Source: an uncultured virus (IMG/VR IMGVR_UViG_3300005083_000010) (taxonomy: Duplodnaviria; Heunggongvirae; Uroviricota; Caudoviricetes). Taken from it: DNA of 64,000 nucleotides. Positions within the stretch are counted from its first letter, which is position 1. Every line of letters begins with the position of its first letter. The notes beneath the pieces were generated by a model, which was not told where the DNA came from, ran no database searches, and saw only the letters and a list, made by a program, of their open reading frames with translations. This document shows, one piece after another, positions 57,522 through 64,000 of this stretch. The stretch lies in IMG/VR virus record IMGVR_UViG_3300005083_000010. One strand, given 5' to 3'. The translations under genes were made by a program, and so were the position numbers.

Positions 57522-58279
57522 ACAGCCGTCCCCTCCAGTTTCTTTTGCTCCTGCCGCTTAAGTTTTGCGGCGCGCACGAGTTCATTTTCCCTGCGCAGAA
57601 TGTCTCTCATTGCGTGTAGTTTCACTTTGACCTGCTGATAGATGACCTTGTAATGCAGGTTCTGTGCCATTCCATCAAGAATAATGTGCCGCATTTCAAT
57701 CTCGTACATCATAATGTCCGCAAGCTTGCTCTTGTCGCAGTCGTCGCGGCTCTCATATCCGGTGATGTCTTTAACAAGCTTCGAGTAAATCAGGTAATAC
57801 TTATCCGCGTGTTTACTGCCTTGCGCTTCTGCGTAGTCAACAAACATCTGTATAGCGTCAGTAGCCATGCCGCGATAATACTTACCCTCCGCTCTTATCA
57901 ATTGCCATTCATCGGTATGACGTTCGGCAAGTTGCTTCTCCATTTTGTTAAAGGCGTTTATGTAAGCTTCCTTGAACTGAGCCGCCTTTTCACCTCTGTA
58001 TCCCATGGTTAAAAACGTGAAGCCGTCTTTTGTCAGGAGGTATTCTGGTCGTTTCTCTCCTTTGTTATCTGTGTATTTAACGAGCCCAAAGTTGGACTCG
58101 TTAAACCCCTCCGAGCAGTCCAAATTTTCTATATCCCTTAAAACATGCTTATGGTTTTTATGAAACATCGCGGCAACGTCTCTGCTTGATATGCGAGCAG
58201 TATCCTTCCAAACAATAAGGTGTGTTTCCTCGGGCGATTCAATCTTTTTCGTTACTATGTTCTTCTTGCTCTTTGCCAT
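57518..58279 (-). CDS. Rha-family regulator
   Basis: SRDVA..F.KNHKHVLRDIE..YLLTKDGFTFLTMGYRGEKA..FK..YI.AFN.ME. Confidence 0.9.
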   Translation of the reverse strand: MAKSKKNIVTKKIESPEETHLIVWKDTARISSRDVAAMFHKNHKHVLRDIENLDCSEGFNESNFGLVKYTDNKGEKRPEYLLTKDGFTFLTMGYRGEKAAQFKEAYINAFNKMEKQLAERHTDEWQLIRAEGKYYRGMATDAIQMFVDYAEAQGSKHADKYYLIYSKLVKDITGYESRDDCDKSKLADIMMYEIEMRHIILDGMAQNLHYKVIYQQVKVKLHAMRDILRRENELVRAAKLKRQEQKKLEGTAV

Positions 58280-58296
58280 AAACTTATTCTCCTTTC

Positions 58297-58671
58297 TTAA
58301 TGCTGTTTCCATAAGTCCATCGTCCTCCCTTCGTCTAAGTTAATCAGGCGGTTAAGGTATTGCCGCGCTTTCTTCAAGTCCTGCGTCCCCGCCTTGTGCG
58401 ATTCACGCCACACATATTTCATGATTACAGCCTTGCAGTACCCGCGAAATTCCTCTTTCGTTAACGCGCTTTGGATAGCGTCTATGCACTCAACGCCGCC
58501 TTGCGTGTAGTGCGGCGGCTCGTACACCGCGTTATTCTCCCGCACCAATTTAAACGTCAAGCAATCGTTCGGGTCGCAATTTACATCACGCGTATCATAC
58601 GCGGCGCACTTGAATAGCTGTTCCGCGTCGCTCCATCGCGCAAATTTGCAGTCGTGCTTTTCAATCGCCAC
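58297..58671 (-). CDS. DUF3310 (nucleotide-kinase-like) protein
   Basis: PPHYTQGGVECIDAI..KYVWR..K...DLKKA..YL. Confidence 0.85.
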   Translation of the reverse strand: MAIEKHDCKFARWSDAEQLFKCAAYDTRDVNCDPNDCLTFKLVRENNAVYEPPHYTQGGVECIDAIQSALTKEEFRGYCKAVIMKYVWRESHKAGTQDLKKARQYLNRLINLDEGRTMDLWKQH

Positions 58672-59602
58672 GGTCAAGTACCTCCATTTTTTCAAGTTCA
58701 AGCTGTATGTATTCATCTTCTGTGTTGCGATTCCCATTCGTAGCTTTCTTCTTAGAAGGGGATAGCCACCAGTCCATAACGCTTTCGCCACCGTTAGCCC
58801 ATTTCTTGTCTGACATAAGCCCGTCACGTTTACGCGCAGCCAACATACGGTCAAAAGCGCTGACATAATTTTTTCTGTACTGCGGGTACATCTCAAACTC
58901 GAAAATTATTCCTTTCCTACCTGCCATCGGGCAGCCGATACAACCTATGCGGGAAAACCCGCAAGCGTAAAGCGGATTGGTTTGAAGTTTCCTGTCTTTG
59001 ATATATCTCCATATCTCTCCATCAGTCCAGTCGATGATAGGATTAGTGGCAATCCTTGCGCGCAATTGACATATGTCAGTCAGCTTCTGCGCGTCATCGT
59101 TCTCATCGTAATATATAATGCGCTTCTGCTTGTCTTTGTGGAGGCTTTCCCACGCCCCACGGTTCTTGCGCTTGTTGCTTTCTGCCCATCGTACACCTGT
59201 CATAATGTGCTGCCCGTCAAAGCGTCGTTCTTTGAAAAACTCGCAGCAGTACCGCGCAATGCGGGTCGGCGGCATTCGCTTTACCGGAATGAGGTTCCAC
59301 ATCGACGCTCGTACCGTCCTACCGTCAACATCTGTAATTTCGTCGGGATAATTGATTTTGGTGGTTATGCCCTTGTTGCTAAGCCCGTGGAATACTTCCT
59401 TGATGTGCCAAACCGTTTCCGGCGCGTCAACCGTAGTATGATTGTGTTCCACCTTAAACTCCACGTCGCTACGCAGCGCAAGGTCGAGCAAGACTTCGCT
59501 ATCTTTGCCGCCGCTGTAGGCAACTATAAGGTTGTTGCCCATCTCATTTGCTACTTCTGCCGCCGCTTTGATTCTTTTAATTGCAATGTCGCTTCTATCC
59601 AT
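58661..59602 (-). CDS. PAPS-reductase-family (PP-loop) protein
   Basis: AYSGGKDS; RYCC; GVRWAES..R; RIGCIGCP. Confidence 0.9.
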   Translation of the reverse strand: MDRSDIAIKRIKAAAEVANEMGNNLIVAYSGGKDSEVLLDLALRSDVEFKVEHNHTTVDAPETVWHIKEVFHGLSNKGITTKINYPDEITDVDGRTVRASMWNLIPVKRMPPTRIARYCCEFFKERRFDGQHIMTGVRWAESNKRKNRGAWESLHKDKQKRIIYYDENDDAQKLTDICQLRARIATNPIIDWTDGEIWRYIKDRKLQTNPLYACGFSRIGCIGCPMAGRKGIIFEFEMYPQYRKNYVSAFDRMLAARKRDGLMSDKKWANGGESVMDWWLSPSKKKATNGNRNTEDEYIQLELEKMEVLDRGD

Positions 59603-59619
59603 TACCCCACCCCTCCTGT

Positions 59620-60402
59620 CTATACCTCCATCAATGCCAATTCGTCGTGGCACACAGCCCTAAGATAATCGACGACGGATTCACTCCACCTGATTTCATA
59701 GCCCGAATGCCCGTTTCGTGTGTAGGGATATTCCCCTGCGTACTTCTTGCCGTCATCGGTCAGCCGCCATTCGCCGTCAATCTTCGCTTGCAGTCCTGCG
59801 CTGTACAATAATTCGTTAGTCTTTTTTGCGGACAAACCGCCAAGCTTCTCGCCTATTTGTGTCGCGTTGTATGTATGCACCGGTACATCGTCCGGCTTCG
59901 CGGGAAGGAGTGCTTTGTATGATGAGAAGTCCGAGCCGGTTATGCGCTCCGCGTCGGCAATAGCTTTCGAGTAAGCAATGCCTATCGGCACAGCCCACTT
60001 CTTTGCTATCAATTCAGCATTGCGTATCTCGTCGCGGAACACTATGCCGCGCAATCCGTCTCTCTTTTTCTTTTCCGCTATTAGCACTTGCCTGTAAGCC
60101 GCTTCTGCTTCGATGAAATACTGCCGGAATTGTCTGCCCTTCTCCGAGCGTTGGAGCATACATATCTCTTTCGCCATGTCGAGAGTAAGCTGATGGTCAG
60201 TCCTCGGCTTGCCCGGTAAGCCGTCAGACCTATTACTCAAAATTGAGTAATAGTCTTTCCCTTCCTCAAACCCGTACTCGCACATACGCTCAAACCAATC
60301 GTTGTATCTGGTCTCCACTTTAAGCGCCGTGTGTAAATCCCTTCCTAATACTGTCTGCTTGCCGTCCTGCTTGTTCGTGCTGATTTTAATTAATTCGTTC
60401 AT
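59620..60402 (-). CDS. AntA/AntB-family antirepressor
   Basis: GRDLH..YNDWF..LTLDMAKEICMLQR..G..FRQYFI. Confidence 0.9.
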   Translation of the reverse strand: MNELIKISTNKQDGKQTVLGRDLHTALKVETRYNDWFERMCEYGFEEGKDYYSILSNRSDGLPGKPRTDHQLTLDMAKEICMLQRSEKGRQFRQYFIEAEAAYRQVLIAEKKKRDGLRGIVFRDEIRNAELIAKKWAVPIGIAYSKAIADAERITGSDFSSYKALLPAKPDDVPVHTYNATQIGEKLGGLSAKKTNELLYSAGLQAKIDGEWRLTDDGKKYAGEYPYTRNGHSGYEIRWSESVVDYLRAVCHDELALMEV

Positions 60403-60428
60403 AATATTTCTCCTTCCATATCAAAAAT

Positions 60429-60602
60429 TTATTTTTCGTTTCCCGCGCCCTCGGCGCAGTACCCCTCGCATATAAACGCCCGTCCGGTACACATCTCTAT
60501 GTGACCTAACTCCACCCGCTCAATACATTGCGTCTTAAAGTACAGCAAACAATTACCCGTTGCGGGGTCACGGTGCTTGCAGTTTAGTTTTGCGCTAATC
60601 AT
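60429..60602 (-). CDS. Small Cys-rich protein (57 aa)
   Basis: Own translation MISAKLNCKHRDPATGNC..; GGAGG RBS. Confidence 0.5.
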   Translation of the reverse strand: MISAKLNCKHRDPATGNCLLYFKTQCIERVELGHIEMCTGRAFICEGYCAEGAGNEK

Positions 60603-60763
60603 TCACTTCCTCCGTTTCCAACTCTGCGCTCGGTCTTCCGAAGCACACCTTGCCATAGGCAGACAGTAGTTTGTGCTTACATATGTTGGGCGAATTACAT
60701 AACCAATACCGGGCGCCATATATTCGGGTGCTTTCTCGGTATGGGCAGTTCTTAATACGCATA

Positions 60764-61117
60764 TTACCCCACACCTCCCGTAGTCAGCGTAGTAGGTGTT
60801 ACCGTTGATACCGAGGGTTTCCGTTGCCAAAATTCTTTGGTAAGGCTCTCGTGGACTGCGGTAGTATACCCTGTAGGGTTCGGGTTCACGGTATAGTTCC
60901 CAGTCGTCGATGTAGTTATCTGTCCATGGAACGTGCTGCACCGGTCTACCCAAGGCGCGTACACCGTACCGCATATGGGGCATTGCCAACCCGGCAGCCC
61001 CTGAGATAACCGCCGCTTATCGTTTATGTATACATCGCAACCAATGCACTCCGTCCACTGCTTGGGGCAAGGTAACTCAGTAACGAAGCATGTTCTGCTA
61101 TCCGTTTTACTATCCAT
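60764..61117 (-). CDS. Cys-rich hypothetical protein
   Basis: GWQCPICGTVYAPWV..C; GGAGG RBS. Confidence 0.65.
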   Translation of the reverse strand: MDSKTDSRTCFVTELPCPKQWTECIGCDVYINDKRRLSQGLPGWQCPICGTVYAPWVDRCSTFHGQITTSTTGNYTVNPNPTGYTTAVHESLTKEFWQRKPSVSTVTPTTLTTGGVG

Positions 61118-61369
61118 TTCTCAACCCCTCCAATTCCCTAATATACTCGCCGCCATATTCCCTCTTTGTTAGTTCTATAAATTCCTCCGGCGTAAACTCT
61201 GCCGTCTCAATATCTATTCCGTTGTTCTTGCAGAACACTTCACGCCCTTGCTTGCATGAGCCTGTCAGTATGCCGTGCCATCGGCAATACTGCCGTCTAT
61301 CAACTTGCCAAAATACACACCCGCTCCTGTGCTTCTCACTATCACATACTGACCGATATAAGGCTTCAT
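61110..61369 (-). pseudogene. Out-of-frame fusion of two gene remnants
   Basis: MKPYIGQYVIVRSTGAGVYFGKL stops at 34 aa; another frame gives WHGILTGSCKQGR..EFIELT..YGG with no start. Confidence 0.55.
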
Positions 61370-62562
61370 TTCGACATCTCCCCCATTCTCTTAAATATCC
61401 ACTCCACGCACGGTATTGCTATCGCGTTGCCCGTTGCCCTGTACTTCGCCGTGTCGCTTGCGCCCGGCACGTCGAGCCACCCATCGGGGAATCCCTGTAG
61501 TCGCTCACACTCAAGCGGTGTCAGACGCCTCACATGTTGCGCTGCTGTATAGACTGCACTCGGACCCCGCGCCACAACCGTTGCCGCCAATTCCTCATCA
61601 ATGTTGAAGTCATACTTTGCGTTCACGCCTTGGTTGAATGCCGCACGGTCAAGGCATAATGTCGTGTAGTCGCTTACCCGATTGGTGTGGTCGCCAGTTA
61701 GAGTGCTTGCAGTCTTTCCGTCACCGTTACCTCGGGCGTCGTAGACAGCCATCGTCTGTTCTGTCTTAAGTGTCGCGGAAACCTCCACTTCATACCCAAT
61801 CCCCTGTGCCGTTGCACCTGCTTTATAGGCGAACCCCGCCACAGGTGGCGTCATGCAGTCAGACCCGCTTGCTCCTTCAACGCCGTTTCCAGTTCCGGCG
61901 GCAGCTTCTTCCCCCGGCGTTCCGCCCGGTTCAAAACGCCCTGCGCCGCTCGCGGGCTTAAGAAGTATTTCGGGTGCGGATTGTCCTCCAAAATCTGCGA
62001 CAATAAAGATTCTACGGCGTCGCTGCGGTACTCCAAAGTATCGGGCGTCCAAGACACGCCATGCAATTGAGAAACAGTCGCCCACAACACATCCGGCGTG
62101 TGTCCATTTGCTGTTGTTACGTTTAGGTATGACAACAGTTTCATCTGCGACACGGCAGATTTCTTCGATGATTGTTCGGAAGTCCTCTCCACCGTTGACG
62201 CTGAATAATCCCATGACATTTTCAAATATTCCATATCGCGGTTTTCCATTATGTACCCTCATCTCTTTTATAATCCGTAGCGCTTCGTGTATCAGGCTTG
62301 TCCGTTCTCCTGATAAGCCTTGCCGCGTTCCTGCCACGGAGGCGTCTTGACACGGGAAACCTCCGCTTACAATGTCAACCGGCTCTATTTCTGCGCCGTT
62401 AATGTTGCGTATATCGCCAAGCTGTTTGGCATTTGGAAACCGCTCTGCAAGCAGTCCCACGCAAAACTTTTCGATTTCACTCTGCCAAACAGTATCAATC
62501 CCGGCGCGCCGGGCGGCAAGTTCAAAGCCGCCCACGCCCGAAAACAAACTTCCTAAAGTCAT
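61366..62562 (-). CDS. DNA cytosine-5 methyltransferase
   Basis: FSGVGG, GFPCQ, ENV, QRRRR, RRLTPLECERLQGFP, GNA. Confidence 0.95.
   Translation of the reverse strand: MTLGSLFSGVGGFELAARRAGIDTVWQSEIEKFCVGLLAERFPNAKQLGDIRNINGAEIEPVDIVSGGFPCQDASVAGTRQGLSGERTSLIHEALRIIKEMRVHNGKPRYGIFENVMGLFSVNGGEDFRTIIEEICRVADETVVIPKRNNSKWTHAGCVVGDCFSIAWRVLDARYFGVPQRRRRIFIVADFGGQSAPEILLKPASGAGRFEPGGTPGEEAAAGTGNGVEGASGSDCMTPPVAGFAYKAGATAQGIGYEVEVSATLKTEQTMAVYDARGNGDGKTASTLTGDHTNRVSDYTTLCLDRAAFNQGVNAKYDFNIDEELAATVVARGPSAVYTAAQHVRRLTPLECERLQGFPDGWLDVPGASDTAKYRATGNAIAIPCVEWIFKRMGEMSK
61851..62249 (-). CDS. Nested alternative-frame ORF (M.EcoHK31I beta-like subunit)
   Basis: LSQILE..KYFLSPRAAQGVLNRAERRGKKLP; GAGGGT RBS. 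Confidence 0.65.
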   Translation of the reverse strand: MENRDMEYLKMSWDYSASTVERTSEQSSKKSAVSQMKLLSYLNVTTANGHTPDVLWATVSQLHGVSWTPDTLEYRSDAVESLLSQILEDNPHPKYFLSPRAAQGVLNRAERRGKKLPPELETALKEQAGLTA

Positions 62563-62571
62563 ATTGCCTCC

Positions 62572-63180
62572 TTAGAACGGCAGCTCTATATCGTCGCCGT
62601 TTATGCTAAATAGCGGAGATTCGTCCGCGTCGCCTACAAAGCCATCGTCGAACGCCGTCTTCGGATCGCCCGCGCCCGCAAGCGGTATACCGTCCTTTAC
62701 CTTCTGCAAGTGATTGAGTGCGCAAGCAATACCGGCATTGCCGCTTTTGTTGTAGGCGTAAAAGGTAACATTCGCCCTGCCATATATTCCGCTGTACCAC
62801 TCTGCCGGATCCTTGAGCGGTTCGCGGTACCTGTCCACAAGCCCCGGTTGCTGTTTGCTTGACGCGTTTACCACGTAGCAACCCCTGCACTCTACGCCGT
62901 ACTCTTTCCCCTTCGGCGTCAGCCCGTCGCCGTCGTGGAGCGGATTCAGCGGCGCTTTAATACCCGATAACAGGTTTCGCCCTTCCCTATCGTTCATAAT
63001 CGCGTTGTTTATGCACTCTTTAATCTTGTTAATCGTCACCGTATCTTCCTTCGGTATGAGCAGGACTGCGCTGTATTTCGGCTCGCCCCCGTCCTGCGCC
63101 CTCGGCTCGATCGCCGAAAGATATGAAAACCTCACTACCCCCGTGTTCATCTTTGTTACTCTCAATTCCCTTGTTGCCAT
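62572..63180 (-). CDS. DUF2815/gp2.5-like ssDNA-binding protein
   Basis: VRFSY..KYS..LIPK..PLHDGD..YSG.YGR..LNHLQK..acidic tail LPF. Confidence 0.88.
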   Translation of the reverse strand: MATRELRVTKMNTGVVRFSYLSAIEPRAQDGGEPKYSAVLLIPKEDTVTINKIKECINNAIMNDREGRNLLSGIKAPLNPLHDGDGLTPKGKEYGVECRGCYVVNASSKQQPGLVDRYREPLKDPAEWYSGIYGRANVTFYAYNKSGNAGIACALNHLQKVKDGIPLAGAGDPKTAFDDGFVGDADESPLFSINGDDIELPF

Positions 63181-63199
63181 TGTTTTCTCTCCTTTTCAC

Positions 63200-64000
63200 T
63201 TAATCTTCAAAATCTTCACTATCAGCTATAAACGCCACCGCAGCGGCAGCCGCCGCGTCAAGGCTCATTGCCCGGCGCTTGTCGTTCTCACGCACAAGCG
63301 TAGGCTTGCCCGGCGGCTTAATCAGCATAGGTTCCACCACAGTTGTAAACACCTTATTGCCCACAGTCTTCTTAAGCTCTGTCAGCCCCAACAATTGCGG
63401 AGCTTTCAGGCACAAATCCCGTGGAATGTTTGCCTCCACCAGAGCGTCAAGTACCGCTTTTTCGTCCTTGTACGACCTATTGCTCCTACCCTCGACAAGT
63501 TTCCAACCTTTCCATTGCTTGCCCGCACACGCCGCCGAAAGAGCGTACTTCTGCAAATCCTGTAAAAATTTGATTGCCGGTTCTGCGGCGTTCAGCAGCC
63601 GGACTATCTCATCATCGGTGAGTAGTCCGCTTTGCGGGTCTAAGCCCTCCGCGATCGCCGTGTCGTTGAACACCGCCACCGCTTCGCTTTCCGCACGTTC
63701 GCGGCACACGGGCTTAACCTTACAAAATCGGCACCAACCACCCGCGCTGCGCCGTTCTGTTCCTTCCCAAGCCTCCCAAGCCACTTTACGGATAGAATCG
63801 CCCCACTTGCGCAGTTCCTCCACGCTGTATGTCGTGGACGTGGGCGCTCCGACACGCGGCTGAAATATGTGTACCGCGATCGCGTCCACGTCATAAAACA
63901 TATCCGCTATGCTAAGAGCGCCAAGCGCGTAAAGCTTCAACTGCGGATTGTTTTCAGCCATGACGGGGACACCGCGTCCGTACTTGAAATCAATCACCGT
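63200..64000 (-). CDS. DUF2800 Cas4-like PD-(D/E)XK nuclease (partial)
   Basis: IDFKYGRG..NPQLKLYALG..WCRFC..C..GWKLVEGRS. Confidence 0.88.
   Translation of the reverse strand, partial: TVIDFKYGRGVPVMAENNPQLKLYALGALSIADMFYDVDAIAVHIFQPRVGAPTSTTYSVEELRKWGDSIRKVAWEAWEGTERRSAGGWCRFCKVKPVCRERAESEAVAVFNDTAIAEGLDPQSGLLTDDEIVRLLNAAEPAIKFLQDLQKYALSAACAGKQWKGWKLVEGRSNRSYKDEKAVLDALVEANIPRDLCLKAPQLLGLTELKKTVGNKVFTTVVEPMLIKPPGKPTLVRENDKRRAMSLDAAAAAAVAFIADSEDFED

Noticed and set aside
63200..64000. CRISPR adaptation Cas4
   Set aside because: DUF2800-DUF2815-PolA context is a standard phage recombination/replication module

Overview
Almost the whole window is one tailed-phage genome, probably from a Firmicutes/Clostridia host and podovirus-like (no tape measure or tail tube seen; nozzle and giant ejection proteins present). 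Modules in order: (1-4940) early genes and two tandem cro/cI/antirepressor immunity regions, the second cI cut off by a tRNA-Gly 3' fragment (attP-like core), with no integrase in view; (5001-15820, minus) lysis genes and a modular tail-fibre array; (15949-33430) a 4041-aa polyvalent ejection protein plus nozzle and adaptor; (33441-34600) a TnpB-only IS607 derivative; (34656-43070) capsid, scaffold, Com-like Zn-finger, portal and terminases; (43200-44500) repeat-rich putative terminus and origin; (45980-48723, plus) small early-gene cassettes with two type II hammerhead ribozymes and a serine resolvase; (48799-64000, minus) replication and modification genes. The most striking signals are non-coding RNA elements: (i) two antisense promoter + structured sRNA units inside the polyvalent gene, each directly after a predicted RNase domain (candidate RNA antitoxins); (ii) a duplicated, covarying terminator/antiterminator leader beside a Com-like Zn-finger gene; (iii) tandem hammerheads that would release one gene as a circularisable RNA. 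Protein family calls come from motif recognition only; no searches were run.
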